Shown in pieces: positions 13,330 through 24,916 of a DNA stretch of 64,000 nt. Below the pieces are notes generated by a model. That model ran no database searches and was not told the origin of the DNA. It worked only from the letters and a program-made list of their open reading frames with translations. Within the stretch, counting starts at the first letter, position 1. Each line of letters starts with the position of its first letter. The stretch spans positions 248,001 through 312,000 of the forward strand of contig OZ287071.1 in NCBI GenBank assembly GCA_965645245.1. Reading direction: 5' to 3'. The position numbers and the translations under genes are program-made. The stretch comes from Massalongia carnosa (lineage: Eukaryota).

Positions 13330-14437
13330 ATAAGGCCTTACGCTATCCGCGCTCGAGAAAGAGCAGTACTGAACCGGGAGATGGTTCCTCTGTGCTCTAA
13401 AAGATGGACAATAATAAATCGGTAGTTCGGACATGTTGGGATCAGCGGCTACTGGTCTCTCCTATTTCTCATGATATAACGACGCTTTCTAGCTGTGATG
13501 AACCATTCCAGTTATCTTCAGAACCTTCAAGCTATTGGTTATGGAAGATCTTAAGCGTTTTGGTATTGTGCATTCTCAGTCATCAACCTTTATTACTCGT
13601 ATTCACCCCTTTTTGCACTACACCCCCTTTTGCAAAACGCCGCCGCCAAATTAGCTTCATGATTTAATAATCACAAAATCAAAAATCTGCTTTGACAATC
13701 ATTATGATAGCGAAGAAAACTTTTCATTTTCAAGATAGCACGTAATTAAAATTTTAATTATACGCATTGAAAGTCTGAGACAATTTATACAAAGATTTGC
13801 TTTTTTCGCTCTTTATAGTTTTAGCGCTGGTGCAAAAAGGGGGTGAACACGAGTCCAGCCCGTCTACGCGTAAATATTACGTCTCCTCATTGCCGCTTAC
13901 CTCACACGCGGAATAGAGAACAAAGACTTCCATCTGAAGGATTATATTATCGCTCGAACCATGATGATGATGGTTCCCAGCCAAAGCGCTCACATGGACC
14001 CGTGCGACTGGAACACAAGAGATTGCTCTCACCCTGAGGAACAGTTTTGGGCCGATATATTTCCGACCGTTTCAGCAAAGACGAAAGCCGCTTCTGTGGA
14101 AAGGAAAGACACATCGAAGGACACAATCGAAAATTCGATAAATCCGATATTTCCACTTAACGACCCCAAAAGGGCATAAATAATACTAATTAGCGGCGGC
14201 ATCCATCAATGTCCTGATCGGCGTTGAATGAGGTTATGGATCCTATTGAGCTTCGTGACGATGTGTGCGAGATTCGATATCAAGCTTGCCGACGAAATGG
14301 TCGAGATAGAGCCAGATATGATCAAGCACGGCCTTGGTGCTCTGCGATCTAAATTTTTAGGCATCTGTTCAGATCAGACGGAATCGAGCGACGGCTTGAC
14401 GATGAATTGCAAGATTGAAACCTCAAGTCAATACTAG
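13330..14437 (+). pseudogene. Cytochrome P450 pseudogene (C-terminal half recognisable; 5' limit approximate)
   Basis: K-helix QPLL|QPVYA*ILRL (ExxR Glu changed to stop), meander AHMDPCDWN...FWADIF, and degenerate heme motif SGGIHQCPDR (~14192-14221), all with in-frame stops. Confidence 0.75.
13596..13853. mobile_element. Tc1/mariner-type MITE inserted in the P450 pseudogene
   Basis: ~24-bp imperfect TIRs CTCGTATTCACCCCTTTTTGCAC / GTGCAAAAAGGGGGTGAACACGAG. TA on the left flank and TC (mutated TA) on the right. Removing it rejoins the P450 K-helix. AT-rich interior. Confidence 0.8.
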
Positions 14438-15051
14438 GCTGAAATTGGTTGAAATTGCCATAACATTTTCTATTTCATCGTGTTTTCGTGGTAGCAAATG
14501 AGCTGCACTCTGGTATTTTCAAATGAATCTCTCCGGACTCATCCCCCCCGTTTACCAACAGCTAGGGTACATAATGCATGGATTCCGCCATTCTGATGGG
14601 GTTGTGATAACGAAGAGAGCTTTGTCCATACGAATCGTGTGCGAGGGGTTTTTCAGGAGTGATGCAAAAAGAAAGAAGGTCTCGAGGAGGAGAATAGGTA
14701 GGAATGAAGGACGGGGAGGAGCTGGATTTGGAAATGGTATGATTGTGGCTGGTTGGGAGATGCTGGGGTTGTCGCTGGGTGGTTGTTGTAACTCATGAAA
14801 TAAGATTTGTGTTCTCTTTCGTTATGTTGTTACATATTCCTTACTCAAAGGAAAACCCGAAACCATAACTTTTTTAAATAAAACCTTTCGAGCTTCCAAC
14901 CTCGACGTTTCACAAAAACCTTTCATTCACATTTTTATTCTTCCTTTTGGCAAAATATGAGAAGAACATCATCAGCTATGAGATGTAGCGACACCAAAAC
15001 TCTTTGTATATGGTCTTTCTCAGTTGTCATCCTCGTCCTCACTCTCGACGT

Positions 15052-16155
15052 TCAACGCCTCCACACTAGCCAGCATCTCCTGCGTCTCGTTTGGTAGATC
15101 GTGCTGGCCTGCTCCAGCATCTTGCCGGGATTAAGAGTCGGCCAGTCATGACCAATGCCTTCAATGAAAGCACGGATCATTTTCTCCCGCAAATATCTCC
15201 CTCCTGAAGCCCACACTCGTGTCAATGCTGGACTCGTCACCTCGGTCATTGAGCTGAGAAATCCGGCTCGCTCAATCGCCGAGCTTCTTGCAATATTCCA
15301 ACATAGCAAGTATGTAGTGAAAGTAAAAGTAGTGTGCTCGAGGACGAAAGCCGTGATTTGGCTGAAACTTGAGTTTGGAGCGATGTAACTCGGCGAAGGT
15401 CGTCTCGCCTGAGCCTAGTTTGGCGTTCCACAGCCCTCCTCTATCGAGAACAAGGAACATCCACTCTCGCGGTTGAATTTTATCCTTTGCGGGCACAATG
15501 ACAACCTGATGATTTTCAAAGACTTCTTCAATTACTCCCTGCACAAACAGCCCGTTTTGTGCTTTATTTATCACATGTTCCGCTCCAGGCCCGAATATAT
15601 ATGTCATCGAGCTTTGGCCAAGTGACAAAGGGAAAATATGAGCAGCTTCGATGTTTGCTTTGGGCAATAACTCTCCAGTTGCTGCAGAATACACATATTG
15701 AACGGATCCGATTTTTTGGACCCGTACATTTCCATGAGGTTTTGTTTGAATGCCGATTGATTAGAACAGCTGGTCTTGATGAGAAGGGAGAGCATTAACT
15801 CGAGATATAACGCACGCGTTGACTCGGGATTTGTTGTCGAGATGGTGAATGTAAGACGGACTTGGGTTAGATAGCACCGAATCTTACGGGTAGCCGAGTC
15901 GGTTTTTTCCTGCAGCTCTCCCTTCTTTTGAAGATATTGTCTTTCTTGTTGATGTCTTTCTGAGTCGCTCATATCATCAAATCCCTTCCGCAAAGCTGCC
16001 CATTCCACTTCGACGATCTCTAATTCAGCTTCTCCTTCATCTTTTCTGAAGGACCAATACTCCGCGCTATTCCAACTTTTAAGACTGTTTATGCTCTTTC
16101 GAGCCAGCTTGCGTTTTCGAGAGGCTTCTTTGATTCTGAGACATGCTGATACCAA
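15052..16155 (-). pseudogene. Coiled-coil + fungal HNH-endonuclease (HNH_2-like) protein, two frameshifts
   Basis: Motifs EAAHIFPLS, NGLF and FRPRAHYFYFHY are spread over three overlapping ORFs (15604-16155, 15272-15694, 15052-15309). Confidence 0.7.
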
Positions 16156-17659
16156 ATCTTAACAGAAATGTATTTAGAAGTAACAAATGTACAAGAAGAA
16201 ACTAATAGAATCAAAGCACTCTTATAAGACAACGAACCCTCCCAATCCGATGCCGGAAGGACGCCAATTGATTGCTTACCATAAGACCTGAACGAAAAGT
16301 GTTATTCAGGATTGATGCTTTGACATCGATGAACTGGAAGGCCCACAATGACATTGTCAGTGTGCCACCTCCGCTGTCACCGCCCCCATGAAAGCCATAT
16401 TTTGTTTTTTTATTCACTTCGTTTTCAGCCTCCGCCAGAGCACCTTCCGCTATCAGCACTGTCGCCACCGGCCAATCAACCATCGCCTACTGTCAAAGGT
16501 CTATGTGTTCGCCGTCTAGTCAACTGCATGCAATGCAGTCATCCACCACCGATGCGGCGAGAACACTATCACCGATCGAGCTTAGTTGTCACTGATTTAA
16601 CAGGCCGTGCCTGTCAAATAAAGTGGAAGAACGTGTTGCCGCTGACCGAGGACTAGCCAGGAGTGTTTTTTTTGTCTGTACATCGTTTGGGATGTTTTAC
16701 TCATTGTTTCTGCTGTTTTTGCCTGTTGTTTCGGGAGTTTTGTCCACTGTTTCGGAGGTCCACTAGAGGCCACCTGTCCATTCCCTACCTAGCATTTTAG
16801 AAGTCCAGTTTATCTATTTCTTATTTATTTTTTATGTTGACTACGCGGGGCCACAGCGAGCACGATTGCTGTTGACCACGGAGACCTGATGAACTGAACC
16901 GAAGGCCTGCTGATTGGATGACCTGCCTAGGTGAGCTAGGGCTAGAGTTGATGCCAGGGAACGGCATCAATCGGGGTCTGTTGAGATTTGATAAGATGAT
17001 GTGAACTACCTTCAAATGATTGGTCAAGGAGCTGTTTTCAGTGTCTCTGCGCGGGCCGAGCACTTCTGAGTCATGTGAAACTCCTAGGCACGGTCGTTCA
17101 TCTGTCGACGATTCACCTGCTGTCTGCAATCTTCTATTCATCTGCTACACATCTGTTCATCATCTTCTGCTTCTTCTAGTCCTTCGCTTCTAGTCAGTCC
17201 GTCGGTCAGCTAGTCAGCAGTCGTCGACCACCTAGCTGACATGATGTGACTATCTTTTGCTTCGTGTCATTATTTTGTTCTCACCATCACTATTCCAGTC
17301 CTATCCTAGCAACAGCTCCATTGGTCCATCACGATCAGCACTCCTACCTATTACCCCTCTTCAACATGATCAGACGTAGAAATTTGGATTGTGGAGACGG
17401 TAGTCTATATAGTCAATATGGTCAATGGTCAAAGGTAGATAGATCGACGATGGTGAGGATAGTCCACCTGGCTGTGAACCCCGAATGCTCTTCACTCGAT
17501 GTGCAGCATAATCTTCAGATCGCCTCTCAGATCAACTTTCAGACCGCCTGTCAGATCAACTGTTAGACCGCCTTTCATGTCGTCTCTCAGCAGAGTCTCT
17601 TCGTCCTCAAATTATCTGATGTACCTATTAATAGTGGTAACCAAGTCCGGCAGGTGATA

Positions 17660-17900
17660 GAGTAGTTGGTCGAGTAAGTGGTTGAGTAGGTAGTTGAGTA
17701 AGTAGTTGAGTAGGTAGTTGAGTAGGTGGTTGAGTAGGTGGTTGAGTAGATGGTTGAGTAGGTGGTTGAGTAGGTGGTTGAGTAGGTGGTTGAGTAGGTG
17801 GTCGAGTAGGTGGTTGAGTAGGTGGTCGAGTAGGTGGTTGAGTAGGTGGTCGAGTAGGTGGTTGAGTAGGTGGTCGAGTAGGTGGTTGAGTAGGTGGTCA
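17660..17900. repeat. 12-bp minisatellite (GAGTAGGTGGTT/C), about 20 copies
   Basis: Directly visible. Gives TTYS/HLLN/SRWL runs in the ORF track. Confidence 0.95.
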
Positions 17901-20188
17901 AGGAGGTGATACAGCAGATAATGCCCAAATCTGGGCGGAGTAGACCAGTAAACACCGACATAAAAAATCCTGACTTGCATGTCTGACCTGCGGACGCCAC
18001 ATGCATGACATAGGAGCTGTTGCCTTCTTGCATGAGCCCCTGACGTTGCCTGATTGCCTTGCTTATTAAATCGTTCAAAGGGAGATTTATCAAAATAGAA
18101 ATTGACTTTGATGATCATGTCATTAATTCCTGTCTTAGTAATATCATGTCGTCTCAAGTCTAAGCGAAAGAATAATGTGTTATAAAATGTCGGGGTTCGA
18201 ACAAGAAAGAGTAACATTCGAAAAGTCTCAACGACACACCTCTCAGCCAAGGTTTAAACTCAAGAAATCAGCCTCGTCTAACAGAAGTAGAGCGTTTTAT
18301 ATAATTAGTCTAACATGAAAGGTTAATATCCAATCAAAACCAAGAACGGGGATCGTCCCTTTTCATATGAACCAGCGCTTCAAGGATTCACTGCATCTGC
18401 TTCAGCCAGAGGAGAGCTATTTCTTTTTGTCAAGCCCTCGAAGTGCCTCTCAAGTGGATGCACGTTACCTGAGAAAGGAAGACAAGGAAATCCATTGCCG
18501 CTCCTAAGGGAGTATCCAGCACGAAAGGTCCCATGAAGCAATGCGTCTGCATCGAAAGCGAGGCTGGCTTTGTTGCTAGTTATTTTTTTGATATATTGGA
18601 TCGACTGGGAGCGAGCGGATATATAGATCATGATGTTATCTCATCAAATGTGTTCTCCAGTCTCAAGCATCAAAAACTATTTCAAAGACACAACCATCTG
18701 CCCCTATCTTCGACTGAGCAATTTGTATTATATCTCCTTTCATCGGTGATCAGACTATACCATTAAAACAGGGAAAGCCCAATGTCTCGTCAAAGGCAAA
18801 CAGCTCCGGCATCCAACAGGTTTCAATTCCCTTCTCACTGATTCCCTCAACGATTTCTCTTCCTCAACTTTAACAACGGTTTATTGACTTCTTGAATCTT
18901 TAGCCTCCACGATGGCTATGAGGTCCGACGCTTCCAAATACTGCTTGATCGGATCAACAAATTTGATTCAAATGGCACCACATCAACTAAGGCCAGCTAC
19001 ACCGGCAATACCCATCAAGGTCAATCCTTGAATAGCGCTAGATCAGGGCAAGGGCCTTTGTCATCCACTCCTGCTCCAAAATCAAGCCAAGGCCAACATC
19101 CTTCATGCTCTTATCATGGCCCATATCTTCAACTACTTCCGGGTCATCACAGCCAAGGATACGGGCTAGCTCCAATGGGTCGTCTTCTCGCTGAAGGCCC
19201 ATCCGATCAACACGCTCTGTTCATCCGGGCCGACACGGGCAAGTTGTCAACGTCCCGCGAATGCACCTGTCGTGAACCATCTTTGGAAGGAGAGGCTCCC
19301 ACGCACGATTGAGAACGCCTGAGGCTGATGCGTCCATGGCCCAGGATATGCGGTATGAGCAGAGATCCGCTGGGGAAGATCATTGAGCTTCTTGGATTCG
19401 GTGCACCAACATTTTCCGAAGCCTCTATCCTTAATTTATGCTTCGTACCGTTTTGAGTGAGGGGGGAAATGTACAACAGTCATTTTTGTAATCTTAACTT
19501 CTTAACTGTCCTTCTTGTCATCCATGTTGAAATCTTCATGCGCCGTGTTGATTCATCCAACAAAAACGCCGAAATCATGACGCTCGTGAAGACATTGACA
19601 TGAATTCAACAAAGCTGCTTCTGTGCTCTCAACGCTAAGCAAATGGACGAGCTACACGTTATCAATCTTTTTTGCGCACGGCCTTGACTGCAATCCCTAC
19701 TTAACCTTTTAGCAAACATTGACATATCAAACACCTCCCCAACAACAAAGTGGTAATGAAGTCATATTCAGAAACCATACCTCATCCCATCTTCTCATCT
19801 CCCAAAACCCACATCTCCGTTCCTCATCCAATTCCACGCTTAACACCGCAGAAGCAACAGACAAACCACTCACCTGATCCTTATTCCAACGTCCTAGCCA
19901 CTCCACCAAGCCTGATCAGCATCCCCTCTCCGCTCTCCCCTACTCTCTTTTATATCTGTCCGTACTTCGATCGTCATAATCAAAACGTCTTTTTAAACCT
20001 GCACGATTGATCAGTCGATCTGCTCGGTCCATGGGCCAACTAAGGAAAACTTCGTTGTCGGGGTTATGACTTGCTTCATCCCCGGCTTTAGTATCACGAT
20101 CGCCGTCAGCCGATGATTCAGCAAGACACTTATCCTAAGTGTGACTCGAATGCAAAACTAGGTTGTATTCTATACTCGTGAGGCCCAG

Positions 20189-20277
20189 GAGTGTGTCTGT
20201 TTCCTATCAGGTTAGTATTCCCCGCTACCACATCTGATTTTGAGTGATGCTAACCTGAATAGGAAACAGATACACTC
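20189..20277 (+). repeat. ~30-bp inverted repeat forming an 89-nt hairpin
   Basis: GAGTGTGTCTGTTTCCTATCAGGTTAGTAT versus ATGCTAACCTGAATAGGAAACAGATACACTC. Confidence 0.85.
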
Positions 20278-21166
20278 ACAGGTAACACAGCAGAACCCAC
20301 TGGCCGTGTTCGTCGATGATCATCGGAACCGGGTGGGCCCAGACGGGAACGTTAGAAGCGGGCCAACAGATTAACTTTATCATGCACAACAGATCCAATC
20401 GTGACTTTCAGCCACAGCTGAAGGCGTTTCAGTTCCGTGAAGGGATCAAGCACATCGAGAAAGGTACTCTGGTATAGATAGTTGAGAGCTGCTGGTTGAG
20501 GTTATATCCTCAACGTGCCCCCCATTATCTCGTTTCAATTGGTTGCGACTAAGGTTCGTGCAAGGACTGTGCCCTTCTGATCAGAGAACGGCTGATAACT
20601 TCATTTTCTTTGTCCAATCGTGAGATATATACCTAGGTGCTTAAAATAAAGAGTTACTTTCAAGTCTCAAAGTCACATTGGACATACTTAGCGCATATTT
20701 TTGCATGAACTGCAGTTCTCCAGCAGATTTTGTGAACCTTAATAGCTAAGAGGATCTTAACTTGCGCTTGACAACATGCCCTCGACTTCTCATGCATCGG
20801 TGCAAGTCGTCATGCGGTGTCGCGATTTTTCGGTGCCGATTTCATCACATCGGTATATTCTGCTCCGGCAGTCCAATGCTTTCGCTATCCGGGCTCTTTC
20901 TCGACGGTGTAACTTTAATGGAGCATGTTGCCGGTGCAGTCAATGGGATTCAAACAACGAGGCAAACTGCGGCCTAGTCTGAAGATCCACTTTGGAGGCA
21001 ATTGACCATCGAGATTTCCCGCTTTAGATGCCCTGAAGTCGCTGAGCGTTGAGATTTGTAGTGGGCTTCCAGGCCTGATTTCAGCTAATAAGGAGCGGCG
21101 CAGGAAGGCACGTTGATTGCAGTGGTTATACCGTTTTAATTTGCAACTGAAGTACGAGTTCCTGTC

Positions 21167-21238
21167 GGCCTGCTGGGTCAGAAACCTCTACGTGGTGCAG
21201 GCTATCAACACCTCCTCGGAGGTGGCCAATATCTGATC
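21167..21238 (+). ncRNA. HDV-like self-cleaving ribozyme (predicted)
   Basis: P1 GGCCUGC/GCAGGCU with a G1.U wobble; P2 GGUCAGA(A)/(U)aUCUGAUC; P3 ACC/GGU; L3 UCUACGU; single U-A P1.1 pair; P4 CACCUC/GAGGUG; J4/2 GCCAA containing the putative catalytic C (21226). Confidence 0.85.
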
Positions 21239-21804
21239 ATCGCCAACGCGGAAGTCCACCTCGGTGGCCATTTGAACGATCAACGTCTCTACTGATCATT
21301 CGTCACCTCGAAGGCACACATACAAAGCCCATTCATTCGGAATGGCCACACCCTTCAGGCGGAAGCCTTTCACCTCATCTCGAAAGCCCATTCATTCGGA
21401 ATGGCCACACCCCTCAGGCGGAAGCCTTTCACCACATCGAAAAAGCCAATTCATCTAGAATGGCCACACTTACACACCTTCATTTATACGACACCACGAT
21501 CTGCCCTCGATCACGGCCAGTCTTTCCTCCATTGAATCAAAACGTTTAAAGAGAGAGAAAGTTCGTCGAACGTGTGGAAATACACTGTCTAGTTCATCGA
21601 GTCTATAGGATTCCTAACGCTTGACGATCTGGGTGTATGCACCGCGTGGTAGAAGGACGGTCTCGTTGCGTTCAACATGGAACAAGGGAGTGGTTTTACC
21701 CTGGGGCCAGGTTTCCACTTCCTGAATGTTGTTTATGTACATAAATAGCAGTCACAGCGTCATATCCTTAGGATACATACGCTTAATGAATTAATAAAAA
21801 AAAA
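21167..21804 (+). mobile_element. Non-autonomous A-tailed retroposon (SINE-like), copy 1
   Basis: 13-bp TSD ACGAGTTCCTGTC (21154-21166 and 21805-21817), AATAAA/poly(A) 3' end, no long ORF, and a second copy at 54796-55318. Confidence 0.93.
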
Positions 21805-23839
21805 ACGAGTTCCTGTCTGGCTCGAGCTAAGCAAATGATTCCGTAAGAGTCACTTCCGCAAGAGAAACCACGATAAGGTGTACAGCTACGTTTCGTCCAA
21901 GAATGGGAGATAATCGAGGTACTAAATTCAATATTGGGCATTATTTCTAAGTGATGGTCCTATGCTTCTATTAAAACCTCTTACACCATCTTCACAGAAG
22001 AATCACCCGAGAAAAATGCAGCGGATTCGTCAGAAATTATCAGGTACCTCGTACGATATCATTAAGCTATTCATTCCAATTTCTTCTTTCTCAAGCTTTG
22101 CGATTTCGCATTCTCCTTGTACATCCTCCGCAAATTCGCTCACGAACCCGTCTAATGAACCCGCCGATCTTTCTTCCAATTTTTTTTTTCAAGAAATATG
22201 TCGCTTGCGTTACGTATATCACTTGAATTTCTCTACCGCAGGACCAACCATTGAGCATAGTAAAGCGATGAGGGAGAGAAGGGAGAGTGGAGCAAAAGGT
22301 GGTGCTTTCGCGCGTCGGAGAAGGCAAGATACTGTAGTATTGTAGGCTAAGGGGGTGAAGGGAGGAGAGGAGCGAGAGGAACAATGCGGTGAGGATAATG
22401 GACAGGTAGATGAAGCGGGAGGAGAAAGAAAGGAAGAGAGAGGGACAAGAGTATGTAGATAGTAAGGATTCTGGAGAGATTGAGAGTGAAAATAGGAAGA
22501 GGAGAAGGATATGAAGGTTGGAGGTGGGAATGGGAATATCTATGTGATTCAGAGCTTTTGAACGGCATCGTGCATCCTTTAAACTCACGGGATTTTTTGT
22601 ACCGAATAAAAAGTTGATGACATAATGTTGAAAGTACTACGGAGGTGACTGCTTGACGAAGTATTGCAACAGTGACTCGTGAAACGCAGCCATCTTGCGC
22701 ATGTTGCTATTCTAGTGTTTGCACGTGTGACATGATATCGTTCGTGCACCACGAAAGAAGTGAATGATCTTTCCCTTCTCTGTTAGCGTTCGGTCTTATC
22801 TTATTCACACATTGGATGCCGGCATGACTACTTCGCTAGCTCTTAGTAAGCTGATGCGTTTCTTGTTAGATTCAAAGTTCATACATGACAGATTTTCGAT
22901 AGCCGACGAACAGTGTGATTGCTCTCTAAACAAGTCGCAGGAAACAAAACCAGAGAAACATGATCATCCCACCATTGGGCCAGCGCTAACAGAATCGAAC
23001 CTACATATTACGATAGTAAAGGTCTTCACTGTTATCGCACTTTACTCGTAGTCACCATCTAAGGCTTGAAGACGCCGGCTGGCTCTGTCCGGGCATTAAA
23101 CAGTCGGTCAGAGAAATGATTCTTATACGAACCACTTGAGCAGATTTTCTACCTTTGCATGAGAAGTCAACCACAATTTCTGTTCTCGCAAACCACGCTA
23201 TCACTATTTCTGCTACTACTCCGATAGTTACACGACCATAGACTGGTGAGAAACGGCCTGCCAGCTAGCCAGCCAGCCAGCCAATTGAGGCATAACGATA
23301 GCAGAGGAAAGGAATATAAGCTCATATCAATCACCTAGCGCTGACACGACTCAACCAGCTGCTATGGTTTCCATTGGGCATACCAGCCGATCTGATGTCT
23401 ATCTCACCATGAACAAAGGAATCAGGCACCAGCGTCAACTGATCGTCTAGCGTCGCATCTTCTGCGAGAACAAGCCTCCGTGCATGTCAGAGTTGATGGC
23501 TGCGCTGTCAGCTGAACCTGAAGACTGCCGCGGCAACATGAAAAGATCTACGCCGCTAAACTCCTCCGTCGCAATGTAGTGGTTTTCGGCATCGAGGTTC
23601 ATAGTTGAGCCTTTCAGCAGAAAGACAGCGCGAGATGCGGAGCGTTAGAATCATTGTGTGTCGGGTTTTGAGACACCGTTGAAGGTATTTCCATGCTTTA
23701 GATATCAGAAACCCGACTAGCCCTAACCCTATATTTCCTTGAACATTTATTGTCTCTTCTAACCCTAAGATCTGTGCACAGCACATATAAGACAAGACGG
23801 AGCCTTACCCTCAAAGCGGTAGTGGAGTTATATACCACA

Positions 23840-24916
23840 ATGACCACCGACACGAAAGCCGAGGATACAGGAGCGGAATCGTTACAAGCACAAGGAGAAC
23901 AGCAAGCCACGGTGAGAGTAGTCTCCATCCTCCAAGAGCTCTTGATTATCACCAGAGAGTAAGCACGATTCAAACCCACGGAAACTGATCCATCAACAGG
24001 CCCCGAATGAAACCCCCTACACCCTCTCCTACGCCCTCCGCACCTCTGGCTTCTTGCCTACTCCAACCTCGACACGTTCTGTCTTCCGCAAACCTTCTTC
24101 GGAATCTTCGGCGCCCTCTCAGGCCCCATCCTAACGAGCAACGCGACCCCGAGTTTCCTCGTGATCTTCTCCCGCCTCCCGCAAGCCTTCCTCTGGGTGC
24201 TCCTAAATCACCATAGTCTTGGAGCTGGCGAACCAGCGCCTCCCCGAATCCGTCAAGGAAGACTCCATCAACAAGCCCTGGCGTCCTCTCCCCGCAGGCC
24301 GGCTTACCACCCGCTCCGCCACCCCGCTCACATTCCTGGCAACACGGCTCTACCTAGGCGGTAGCGAAGAAACCGCTCTGCTCTTCATGTTCGACTGGAT
24401 GTACAACGACCTCGGCGGCTCGGATGATAGCGCGGCCGTTCGTAACTTGCTCATCGCGGGCGCGTACGTGCTGTACAGCTCCGGAGCCATGCGCGTGGCG
24501 TGCGGCGTTCAGGAATGCACTCTCAACCCCGTCGCCTATCAATGGCTTGGGATCCTCGCAGCCGTGATATTCACCACCATGCACGTCCAGAATCTCAAAG
24601 ATCAAGAAGGCGATCGTGCACGAGGCCGCCAGACGTTGCCCACCGTGGTCGGTCATGTAGGCGCACAATGGGTGATCGCCCTGCTCGTGCTGGTGTGGTC
24701 CGGTGCGAGTCCTCGATTCTGGAACGTGGGGATCTGGGGGTATGTGTCGCCGGGTGCGCTGGGGGGCTGGGTGGCGTATCGGGCGCTGATCCTGCGGGGT
24801 GCGAAGCGGATCGACGAGCATGGAAGGGGTGGAGTTTGTGGCTTATGAGCCTGTACGTTTTGCCGCTGGTTAGGGGTCATTCGGTTTTCGGGAGGGCGGT
24901 GGAGGGGTGGGGTTAA
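23840..24916 (+). pseudogene. UbiA-superfamily prenyltransferase / membrane terpene-cyclase-like gene with at least 3 frameshifts
   Basis: Motifs ANQRLPESVKEDSINKPWRPLPAGR, MYNDLGG and HVQNLKDQEGDRARGRQTLP. Intron ~23912-23999. Frame switches near 24045, 24210 and 24800. Confidence 0.8.

Noticed and set aside
17587..18250. ORFs with TTYS/HLLN/SRWL repeats as real proteins
   Set aside because: They are open only because the 12-bp unit lacks stops in those frames. No recognisable domain.
18780..19720. Possible degenerate gene on the plus strand
   Set aside because: Several stops and no family motif I can identify.
21167..21804. tRNA- or 5S-derived SINE head, or solo LTR
   Set aside because: No clear A/B boxes or cloverleaf, and no TG...CA ends. 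The 12-13-bp TSD and A-tail indicate TPRT.
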